From: Paraspadella gotoi
Lineage: Eukaryota; Animalia; Chaetognatha
Reading direction: 5' to 3'
Length of the DNA: 64,000 nt
Assembly (NCBI GenBank): GCA_051294375.1
Contig: CM119268.1
Location: forward strand, 21,782,010-21,846,009
A model generated the notes under the pieces. It was not told the DNA's origin. It was given only the letters and a program-made list of their open reading frames with translations, and ran no database searches. Made by a program: the position numbers and the translations under genes. How positions within the stretch are numbered: the stretch's first letter is position 1; every line of letters begins with the position of its first letter. This document shows, one piece after another, positions 52,676-64,000 of this stretch.

Positions 52676-54968
52676 TCACGCAATACGACGCCGCTCATTT
52701 TTTTTTCATTTCGCCACGAATCTTTTTCCCTTTCACCTAAATTCACGACGAATCTCACTTCGTTTTTCGCCAGATTTTTTTGGAGCCGAAAACCGAAGAG
52801 GGAGGACGGACTGCTCGTTTTCTCTCGTTCTCTCTCTCTCTTTCTTTTTCTCTCTCCCTCTCTATCATTGTTCTTGTTCTTTTTGTTGAGGGGGAGGAGA
52901 TGATTCGTTCTCTTTAGGTCCATTTTGGTGTCTTTGGTAATCATTTCTTTCTCGTCTATTCCCTCCTATGTTTTCTTCCCCCCCATCCATTTTCTTCCTT
53001 TTGATCTCTTCTAGTTTTAATAAATTTTTGAAATAATCTCTTTATTTTCTCGCTTATTTTCTTTTTTTTCTTTTCTTTTCTCTTTTCCTTTATTCATTTT
53101 TTTTCCCTTTTTTTCTTTTTTTCTTTTTTCTCTCATATATTTTGTTTTATTTCTCTTTTTTCTTATATTTAACTTATTTTTTGTACTTCTCTTATTTCCT
53201 TTATTTATCTTACTATTTATCTTTTTTTTTCATTTAGTTTCTCTCAATTTATTTTATTTTCTCTCTTCATTTCTTCTTTCTTTTTTAAATCTTTTCTCCC
53301 CTCTTTCTCTTTTTCTGATTTTACTTTTCATCCCTCTCTATCTATCTCCCTAAGACTAATTGTTCTCTTCCAGTTTTCATTTCATTCAACTCGATTTTAT
53401 TCGATCTTTTAAATCTTCCCTCTTTCCCCGTGGGGTTTGCCCCAAAGAGGGCGGCCGGGCGGCCGGGCGGCCCGGCGGCCCGTTTCTCCGATCCACGAGT
53501 TGCCCACCTCTGACCTCGATTCCCTTTTGCCCTTCGAACCTTTTTTTCTTTCTCTCGCAAATTCGATAAGGATTTTTTTCTTTTTTTTTCCTTTTCGACG
53601 ATTTCGATGATAACGATTATTATTTCCAACTCTTTCTTTTTTTTTTTTAAACAAAATGGCTGCTTTTCAAATAAAAAAAAAGAATTTCTCGAAAAATATC
53701 GTTTATCGTTTAATTCGAAGAATCGAAAATCTCGACAGCTGTTGTCTTCTTATTCCTATTTTTTTTCTCCGGGTGGGCAGCTCTGCGGTATTTGTGGCGG
53801 ACAGAGAGAGAGACAGACACACACACATTTCCTCCTTAGCCTTACAATTACGTACCCCTTTTGATTTAACTCTCTCTCTCTCTCTGCACGACAGATTGAA
53901 AAAGGAAAAACGTTTTTCTCGTTGAATCATGAATCATTTTTCTCCGCGACTTTTTTTTTCGAGAGCGGAAAGATCGGCCTTCGATCCTTTCATTCGAGAA
54001 AATAAATAATCAATAATCTTATTTAATATTTATTAATATTTATCAAATATACAAATAACCTTATTTTCTCTTATCTTTCTTCTCTCCCTTTTTTTTTATT
54101 CCCCAGGCCTTTGAGCACCTTTGGACTTTCTCTCTGAGCAAACATGAACTGAAACGCAATTCGGCCGGCTAGAAAGAGAGAGTGAGAGAGTGCGAGAGCG
54201 AGAGAAAGAGAATAAAAAAAGTAAAAGGGGGGGGAAAAAGAAGGGATATACAAAATTATACATTTTTTTATCGACGGCCAAACACCAAACGCACTTTTAT
54301 TCTTCCCTTTGTGATTTGTAAAAATCAAAGTCAAAATCCCTGGCGACGTTTTCCCTTTTTATTTTAAGCTTTTAAACTCGATCGAATATTTTCCTTTCTA
54401 TTTTCTTCGCAGAAAAACCGCGAAAAAAAAACAAAAAACATCAAACGCGAAATATAAATATTAGATTGGCGGAACATATATACTCACCAGCATGTAGTTG
54501 GAGTAAAAGAAAACTACTACTCGAAGCGGAAAATCCTCGCCTCACATTGGATTAAAAAATTACCAAAAAAATTTTAAAAAATCGGAAGAAAGGGAGAGAG
54601 AGTGAAAAGAAGAAATACCGCCCCTTCTCTTCCCCTTCCCTTTTTTTTTTTAATTTTCCCTTCCCCCCTTTTCCTCTTTCCGACGCGTCGTCGGATTGGA
54701 TTAAAAAAATAAAAAACAAAACATAAAAAACAAAAATAACGCCCCTCGCGACAACTTTTTTTCCTTCTCGTTATTTATCGAATCGAAACCAAAACAAGAA
54801 AGAAAAAAAACATTGCTGTTTTCCTCGAGCGCCGTCGTTCAACGGCGGATTTTCGAGGAAAGAATCCGAAACAAAAGACGTACGATGAAAGAAAAGAGAG
54901 AAAAATAAAAGGGAAACCGAAATTGTCGCCTTCCTCTTCCGTGGCCGACGCTGAAACGGACGTCGAAC

Positions 54969-57529
54969 ATGGCCGAGGGTAAGTCCCGCCGGGTGGGTTC
55001 GGAAGGGGGGAAGGGGTAAAGTTCTTCGTGGGTGAGTTTTTCTCTCCTTTATTCCGTCTGGTCGGTAGGGTCGTGTTTCAACTTCATGTTAGCAACAAAT
55101 TCTTTCTTCTTATATCTTTACAGATTTAAATATATTATAATTTCTCACGGTTCTGTGGCGATTTTTGATGTTTACTAATTCACATTGTATCCGCTTTTGT
55201 CGTTATTTAAGATATTTTTAAAACTTGTTTTCATTTAGTTTAAAAATGACCAATTCACCATCACGTATTATTTTTTTCCTTTCCGCTTTTTTCTTCTTTA
55301 TCTCGCGATTTTTCTCTTTGGCCTTAATTTTCCTGCCGCCTTTTCAAAACGACGATTTTCACTTCCTCCTTTTGCCGGGGAAAATTTGAATCCGGCAGAG
55401 GGCGGAAAGGCGACTGGCGGGGCGGGCGCCGATTCCGTGCCGGGATTCCTCTCCGGCGTGGACCGGCGGCCTCGCCAGTGGCTCACCATGGGCTGGACGT
55501 CGCGCGAGCGGTTTTGGGTCGACAGTAAGTCGGGGGCGCTGAATCTGTGCCTTTCATACTTAATACTTTACTTTCGTTGTAGATTTATTGTCAGTGTAGA
55601 AAGTAGTTAACTATCTGCATTTGCCATTTTTATTATTGCCGTGTGTTTTATTGCGGTGATTACCCACTCGATCGTGTTATCGGTCACGTTTATCAATACA
55701 AGTATTTTAAGTCATTTCTATCTTCCTTTGGACAGACGGAGTGACCCTTTAAAAAAAAGTGACCCTTTAAAAAAAAGTGACCCTTTAAAAAAAGTGACCC
55801 TTTAAAAAAAAGTGACCCTTTAAAAAAAAGTGACCCTTTAAAAAAAAGTTCACCCATCCTTTCAGACGCTGCATGCAATTACAAATCAGAAAATCATAAT
55901 GCTCAAAATTAGTTTTGTCAGGTTAATTTATTTTTACGTCTTTTTTGCATTAAGAGGGGGAAAAGCCTATTAAATATCAACTGGATACTTTTTTTTTTAC
56001 AATTCTTTCAATTATTCTTTTATGAAGTTCGGTCACGCAAAGACGACGTTACATATACGTCGCTCTGTAGTTTGTTTTTTTTTTTCCCCAAAGTCCTCTA
56101 TTGTGCCTGAAAAGTCAATCACGCGAATGTCGCCGCATAATTCGACCGATTTTCCTATTTTGATTGAAAAAGGATTTTTGTTTGTTTGTTTTCCGAATTC
56201 GTAGATTCAGGCAAAAGAGGAGACGAGCGGATTTAAGGTCGGGTCTACAATAAAAAAAAATAAAGTAAGGCGAGACCGATTCCGCATTTAGAAAGTTCGT
56301 CGAATAAATTTGAATACTAAACATTGCTAAATGTAGTATGTACAAGTTTTGATAATTTTCTCAAGTCTAATTGTTACTTAATCTAAACATAATTTAACAT
56401 TAATTAAATGTTTTGTTTTTTTTTAATCCGAAGGTGAAGACGCGTGGATCGAGGGGAAGCCGATCTCGATCCTCCAGCTTGATGCCGCCGACAGAGCTGT
56501 CCTCAAGATCGCCGACGAGCGCGACGCCGTCCAAAAGAAGACCTTCACAAAATGGATCAACAAGGTGGGAGGGTTGGCAGGGAGGGGTGGGAATTTGGAG
56601 TCGTGGTTTGACTTTATAAAGATAAGAGGTGCTGAGGTGGGACTTGTTTTGTGGGAATCGAGTGTTTTGGCCTTAAAAAAATATTTGAGTCCGGCGACGA
56701 TTTTTGATAAACGAGACGCAGTTCAAATTGACCCCGAAATTAACAAAGATTCGCCCTGGGTGGGCTAAAAGATAATGACAATGTCGAATGACAGGGATTT
56801 TAGCATACATGGAGGTAAAATTGAATTCCGTCTGAACTGCTCCGTCGCACTCTTTCTTTCTTTCCTTCTTTCTCGGAATTTGATGGATAGTTTTGAACTT
56901 TGAAAAATGTCGCGAAAAACAACATCGCGAAGCCTTAGGGATTTTTGAAGAAAAAAATGTAAAAAAAAAACGTTTATCGACTGCCCCCTTTTGCCCGCCT
57001 ATCACGTTTCATAATTTCTTTTACAAACGTCTCTACTCCATATGCCCCATCAAGTCCATGGCACACCCAATCTTTCCATGGCACCCAAATTATTCTCCCC
57101 CATTCTCTTTCAGCGGCGGATTAAATTAAGAAAAGGGTTGAATTCATCTTTGCCCCCTTTTTAGTTTCTTTTTAGTTTCCCTTTTATTTCTTTCCCTTTT
57201 TATTTGAATCGCCTCAATTCTTCCATTTGTTTTAACTCGATGTTTGGAATTCCGCTCTCGAATCTCTGTCGTCTTAGGCAGAAAAAAAACCCCTCTTCAA
57301 AGCCTCGTGTGTGTGTATGTGTGTATGTGTGCTCTTCTAACTTTTTTGTTTCGTCCCTTCTCTTTCCCCTCTTATTTCCTCTTAATTTTTTCCCCATAAC
57401 TCTGTGAATATTTATGGTCTTTTTCATCAATGGGTTTCCTTGACTTTCATCAACCTTTTGTTTTTTACCCTCCATGCTTTATTTTTTCCACCCTCTTGAT
57501 CGGATTTGTGTCTATTTCATGCCTCTGGG

Positions 57530-57570
<41 letters not shown>

Positions 57571-59094
57571 GCTTCCCCTGCCGATAGACGGCCGGTCGTT
57601 TCCGGTTAACGTCCTCTCTTTTTCACTCCCATTCATTGCGACGCGCGGCTCCGCGTCCGGTGCGATAAAAGAGTTAAAGAATATCTTTAGCTCGCCTCTT
57701 TGGGAGCCACTTTGATGTTCGCCTCTTTGAAAACCTTTTTGCGTTTGCCAATTCCTGCACAAATCTATGGTCGGGTTGTTGAACAACAACTCGCTTTTCT
57801 TTTACTTTTTCGGTCGCCTCTGCCGATGCTCTTTTTTTTCTGGTTTTCAACTTCCGCCATTTTTTCGTTAAACTTCCGGTTGGCGCGCGCCATCTTCTCG
57901 GGCGCCATCTCTCGGGTGACGCGCGGCTCCGAAGCGAGATATCCCAGTTTCGCTTCCACGTGAGAAACATTCCTTTCATCCTCCGAGCTTTTTTTTTTTT
58001 AACTCTCCGACGAAGAAGGAAAAAACAAAAAGTCAAAGGGATTTTTTTTTTCTCTCTCTCTCTCTCTCTCTCTGGAACGTCGTTGGCATTTTCTACTGGA
58101 TTATTTTTCATTGCGCTCCGTCAAAGGAATGCTACGCCGAGAAACTATTTTAAAAAAAAATAACAAAGCCACTTTATTATGAAGAGAGAGTTTGATCGTC
58201 ATTTAGCTTTGGTTGGAAATACAACGTAATTCTTGTAAGCGTATATCATTTCTGTCATTTCAGAAGTTTCAGCAAGCAATCAATCTTCTTTGCCTGCATT
58301 TCTTGGCATTTTAATAAAAAATACATTTAATTCTGAACTTCCATATTTTAAAAAAAATCTAGCTCATTGTGAAACTGCCTCTGTCACTGCGACAACCGTT
58401 GTCTTAAAACTTTTTGTGTCAATGTAACCGTTGCCTAGCGACGGTCCAAGTCTCGTAGTCTCGAGAATTGAGAGGCAGACGCTGAAAAACGTGAGAGGGA
58501 ATAAAAAGAGGCCGACGCCGAATTTCCGCTCATGTTTGACGCCTCAACGACAAGGTCAATAATGGAAGCGGATCACTTTCCCATTCCGAGATTAAATGTT
58601 TTATTATAAAAACGCTAACTGTTCGCGTCTTGTTTAAGTAAATGTGTTAATGTCCCATGACAATTGACTAATCCAAAGACCGATGATTCGGTTTCTAAAT
58701 TTTAGTTTTTAAACTAGTTCTTGGAAGTTTAATAAGTACATATTTATAATGTAAGTGATATTTATTTTTATCTTCTTCTCCTTCTCCCTCTCCCTGCTGG
58801 GACGTTTTAGCACCTTCAAAAGGCTGGACGTCACGTGGACGATCTTTTCATCGATCTTCGAGATGGCGTCAATCTCATCGTTCTACTGGAAATGCTATCC
58901 CAGGTGAGAAATTAATCGTGATGAGAGGAAATGTTTCATTATGATAATCCAGATGAGTTATGACATCAAGAATCTTTCCTCTTATTTCTTTTTTTGGCCT
59001 TGCTATGACAGTTAACCTATTCACGTGTGAAATACTGGAAAGAAGCGTCTGTAATGAATTTTTGCTAGTCAAGATGACAGACGCTGCTCCAGAT

Positions 59095-59145
<51 letters not shown>

Positions 59146-62100
59146 ATTATAGGAGGAAAAACCTGGGGGAGTGTCACCTGTTGCCAAGCGGCTTCCTTCC
59201 TCTCCTGGATTTCTCTCTTCAATCCAGTTCCAATCGATACGGGCTCTAAATCGTCTCCAGTTTTTTTTTTCGCTTTTAGTTGCGCGTTTGTGATGATGAC
59301 AACGCAAAGGCAACGCCCGCTGTCTCCTTTCCCAATTATCTTTCGCACGTGCGAACACACCTGGGAGAGATAGAGAGAGACCTGTCGTTGTTACCCCTCC
59401 TAAATATACCCCTGTTGAATAAAGTGGGGAAGAAGGGTGTGACGTTAGAAGTACTCTTTCCAGACTAAAGTTTGATACTTCTCTTTGTGACACAAAAAAG
59501 TGTAGGAGGCCGCGAAAGGAGAAATTCGGGACAGTTAAAAGCTCGAGGGCGAATTGCGTAAATCAGTCGATATAATTCTTTCATCTTTGAACGAGATTAG
59601 GAGATTCATCGTCTTTGTTTCGCGTTGAGGAGATTTGAGCGAAGGGGGATTTTGTTAGAAAATCGATTGCAATTTGTAGCGCGAAGCCGGCAAACACTCT
59701 ATCACGCGCACACACGCACACACACACAAAATATGGCTTTAGGTAAAAGAAAAGAACAACAAAAAAGTAATTTTCAGCTTTTCTTTTTACGTATTATCTT
59801 GACTATTATATTAACCCCCTCATTAGGTGTCGCTCCCTCGCGAGCGGGGACGCCTTCGCTTCCATGCCCTACAAAACGTGCAGACGGCGCTAGATCTCCT
59901 CAAGTACAAGAATATCCGACTCGTCAACATTCGCCCCGACGAGATCGTCGACGGGAATCCCAAACTCACCCTCGGCCTCATCTGGACAATCATCCTGCAC
60001 TTCCAGGTTTTTTATTGTCGCCTCTGAGATTAGAAATTAGAAGGAGACTCCACTTTTTCTCCGCTGTCTGGATTGCAAATTGGGATCGGGCTGAAAAGGG
60101 CGACTCGATAACCTATGTTCACTTTCTACACTTTCTACTAAATGACCAAAAGTTTTTGTAGCTGCAGGAGGCGGCCGCTTTCTGATTAGTAGGGTGGTAG
60201 GTTGAAGCTCTTTCAGAAATAAAATCGAAACTTAACCAAAGGATTGAAGTTTGCCTACACCTCTTAATTTGGTATTCTAAAACCCGGTATTAATCTAATA
60301 TAATCCCTTTATAACTTAGGCGAATATAAGCTTATATTTTCGGGTTTCTTCCCTGTTAGATCCGCCGATCACAAGGATGTGATGAAAACTCAGTAACAGT
60401 GCAAATGGTAATATTGCGCTGAACGAACTAACGCGCTAACTTTTAACGGCTTATCGGACTGATTCTTTTATTTTGCATTAACCTTTTTTTAGTCTGGTTA
60501 GTATGGAGATGTCGTTACTCACCTTTGTCGTTTGAAGTCTTAAGGATATAAATTTTTATAGGGAAACTTCTTTAATTTTTTTTTATATAGTGCGTTTAAT
60601 TAAATTAGTTACCACTACAACAGTTTACTACCACTTAGCTTTTAATCTCGATTTTGTGAAAACATTTTTAAAAACATTAACGAGATAGAAATTTTGGTTT
60701 ATTTCCGTCGTATTAGAACATGTAACAGATCAACCATTTTTGTTGTTGATGGTGGCAATGTTACATTAAATATTAAGGGTGCCGGTTATACATAAACATT
60801 TTTTGTGAGGCAAGTTTGCCTCTGCCATGGATGTGCGGATTATTCCCGTATTCTTGAATGCTGTTTTCAAACCCTGAAAGTTATAGTAACCCGATAGACC
60901 TTATCGTTTTATTGTGCACAATTTTACATTAAGAAGAATCGAGTGCGTTGAGCTAACATTACCCTGTCTCATGATTCTTCAAAATGTAAAAAAAACAGTC
61001 AACGATATCCATCAGACGTCTCTCTCATTTAAATTAATAACAACCTTACCTCCCAACCCCTCGTCTTCCTTCAACGACTTTTCCCGAACCCCACAACCCC
61101 TCGCTCCAACCCTCCCCCCCTCAGATCTCGAGTCACGGGCAATCGGAAGAGGTGTCGGCCCGAAGCGCCCTGCTCCTGTGGGGCAAAAACCTGACGGACG
61201 GTTACCCCGGCGTCAAGGTCCGCGACTTTTCCGAGTCGTGGCGCGACGGCAAAGCCTTCTGTTCACTCATTCACAGACACAGGCCCGATCTCATCGACTT
61301 CAGAAAAGTCAAACAACAGGTGAGGGACCAAAAACGGCGATAGCGAAAGTAAATGATATTGTCATGTGGTCTTGGTTCGAGCAACAACCGTTACGGTTAT
61401 CTGTATTGTCTCACCGTCTTGCTCAAAGGGGCGAAAAGCCTGATATTCATTTATTCAGTCACATGCTGTCGATCTCATCTTGATAAAAGTCAAACATTAA
61501 ACAACAGGTGGGAGCGACTTTGATTGCCTGATAGCGGAGTGGACCTGAAAAACGGGTGGGGGAGGGATGAAGAAGACAGAGGACAGGGAATATAGAGGAC
61601 AAAGAGAATAGGGGAAGATATATAAATTACTAAGTTGAAAATATATACAGGATTAAAAGGATAAGGAATTAAGAGGAAAATGAAAACGGGGGTTGTTGAA
61701 TACAAGGACGGCCCCTAGGACAGGGGTTGTAAAAGACTGGGATAGAAGTCCAAGAAGAAGGGGGATATAAAGAAAATAGTGGACGGGATGTGGAGGACCC
61801 ACAGCGTTGAGGATTTAGGAGACAAAGCTCTCTTCAAAACTTTAGACAAGATAGACAACCGAGTGTTGATTCAAAATCTTCCCAGAAATTTAAACTCGTT
61901 CGATGCCATCCTCAACGCGAAGAAGATTTTTCTCCCGCGAATTTTTACTTGGGAGTTTTGAATTTTTGCCAAAAAAGATCGAGCCCCCCGTCGGTTTATT
62001 TATATTTATTTAAATTATTACTTGTTTGCTAAAAGTCGATTGAAAGTTTATCGAAATTATAGGTCGTAAATCTTTGTCCTGTTTCTCTTTTAAAATAAAA

Positions 62101-63828
62101 TTCCGACATGAATTATTAATAGAAATAAATATCTCCCGCAGGGTCGTAACGACCTTTTAAATATTACTTGATTAAAAAAGCATGGAATACGAATTACGGA
62201 ACGAAAGGCGTTCTTTGTTTGCTTCGCCTTTTTCATTTACTCTCTCGCTGCTCTTGTCAATAGCGCCCGGGTTCTCCCGCTGTTGATTTAATGAGCCTTG
62301 TGTGTCACTCAAACTAAAATTTAAGTGTTTGTATGGACCCAAAATCTGACAACCTTTCTGCATAATCGGTTTGGTTAGCGTGGGAGTGGTTTTGAGAGTG
62401 CAAATTGTAAGACCACCTCAGGAAAAGAAAAAAGAAAAATAAAATTATAAATGAATGGAAATCTTTGTGACGAAGAAGAGAGAAAGGGAGAGAAAGGGAG
62501 AGAATCCCAGATGGAAAGCTAAAGCCGCCCCACGAGAGAAGGAGGGAAACAGTCCCGCAGATAAATGGAAGTTTATACGCGCGTTGCATGAGAATTATGG
62601 AGGTGTTTAAAAATAGAAAAGAAAATGAAACGTTGGCGCTTTTTTAAAGTTTTTAATCTTTTTTAAATGTTTTGTGTAAAATATTATCTTTGTCTGTGCA
62701 CCGATGGTGGACCATCGATTTTATGGCGTCTGTATTTCTAATTTATGAAATGTCTGCAACTAAGTTGTTTTTGGTGAAAATAGTAACGTTTAGAAAAAAA
62801 TTTTTACCTACTAGTTATTTGAAATGTGAGTATTATTGTTGCAAGCCAAGATTAGTTATCGTGATCCACAACTCAAGCTATATACGTTCATTTGGTAGTG
62901 TAATCATCTAAGAAAAGAAGTGCTAGATCGTCTACTGTCTACGAATGGTGTCTACGACTATGTGGTTAACGATCAACAAAGGGCAATGTGGAGAGCGGTT
63001 CTTTTAGCGGTTCTTTTCGCTTCGGTTCCGTCCCTCGAATCGCCATTACTTCCTCGCGGGTGGCGTATTCGATCCTTTGCTCTTGGTTCTTCCGCGCTTT
63101 CCGTCTTAAACACCATCCCTCGGACATATTAAGTTAATTTTTCCTCATTTATTTTACACATTCACATTCCTCCTTTCTCTTATCTCATGAGTTTAATTCA
63201 CGTAGATATTCGTGCGATTCCTTCCCAAGTCCTTGATTTCTTTAACCAACACTCCTTTCCCATTCTAACGCCAAGAATTCTCATCCCTCTTTCTCCGCCA
63301 ACGCTGGTGGCCGCAAAGTAACCTTCGCGTGTTTTCCCTTAATATTTTTCATATTTTCTCGGTTGATGTCGGCGTCGAAGACGTAACGATTTTTCAAACG
63401 CAATAAAAGTGACGCGAGTTCCCTTCACATTTTCTTTCCACTCTGCTCGTTCTATACTTCAGCCTTTTGGTTAAGCTCAACGTCCCTCTCTCGGTCTCAT
63501 GTCCCACAACTTTCCTTACCCAACAGACCACTGTTCTAATTTAAGTCTTATCCAAAATCTTCTAATTTCACTTCGACCCTTCTCCACCCCTCTTCCACTT
63601 CGCCCTCCCCCCTCTCCACTCGCCCTCCCCCCCGCTTCCATTCGCCCACCCCCCCTCTCCCCTCTCCTTTCTTCCACTGCGCTCCTCCCCCCACCAGTTG
63701 CCTCGCGACAACCTGGAGATGGCGTTCTCGGTGGCGGAGAAGGAACTGGGGGTCACGCGACTCTTGGATCCGGAGGACATCGTGGACGCGGTGCCGGAAC
63801 CGGACGAGAAGTCAATCATCACCTACGT
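54969..63828 (+). CDS. spectraplakin/plectin family (shot/dystonin/MACF1-like), N-terminal CH1-CH2 actin-binding domain; continues beyond the window
   Basis: Exons 54969-54978, (55399-55524), 56434-56564, 58811-58903, 59827-60006, 61125-61319, 63698-63828; [100 protein letters not shown]. Confidence 0.95.
55739..55850 (+). repeat. 6x ~18-bp repeat gtgaccctttaaaaaaaa
   Basis: Visible array in a spectraplakin intron. Confidence 0.9.
61360..61512 (+). pseudogene. decayed tandem duplicate (pseudo-exon) of spectraplakin exon 61125-61319
   Basis: ggcgaaaagcctgatattcatttattcagtcacatgctgtcgatctcatc..aaaagtcaaac..aacag|gt aligns to ggcaaagccttctgttcactcattcacagacacaggcccgatctcatc..aaaagtcaaacaacag|gt. 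Confidence 0.7.
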
Positions 63829-64000
63829 GTGAGTTTCAATGGCGAAAAAATCCCGAATTCAATCGTTGTGTGGACTTGAGAATTTTAACTTTCCAATCAT
63901 AAATCATCTCCACTAATGAATTTTTTTTTGAAAATACAAATTAATTTTTAATAAATATACCTCGGAACGAATTTTATTAATAATTTTTTTTTTCCAAAAA

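Overview
Intron-rich animal (invertebrate-type) genomic DNA with AT-rich, microsatellite-laden introns, GC-rich exons, two N-gaps and an indel-ridden stretch at about 9.0-12.9 kb. I reconstructed six spliced protein genes by hand: a P4-ATPase of the ATP9/Neo1 class (+, probably starting before the window), a vesicular monoamine transporter (VMAT/SLC18, +), GTP cyclohydrolase I (+), Rab11 (-), an unknown two-exon gene of about 887 aa that looks like a catalytically dead MUT-7/EXD/WRN-type DEDD exonuclease with an acidic repeat tail (+), and the 5' part of a spectraplakin/plectin (+, runs off the window). Six tRNA genes lie inside introns (3x Ser-GCT, Lys-TTT, 2x Thr-CGT). There are several dispersed repeat families, a LINE remnant and a Penelope-type minimal hammerhead ribozyme. 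The most unusual signals are: (i) repeated tandem amplification of exon/intron junctions, including about 30 copies of a frame-preserving 54-bp coding unit each carrying the splice donor; (ii) VMAT next to GCH1, two monoamine-pathway genes; (iii) the pseudo-exonuclease head-to-head with Rab11; (iv) the hammerhead motif. All identifications come from recalled motifs, not database searches.
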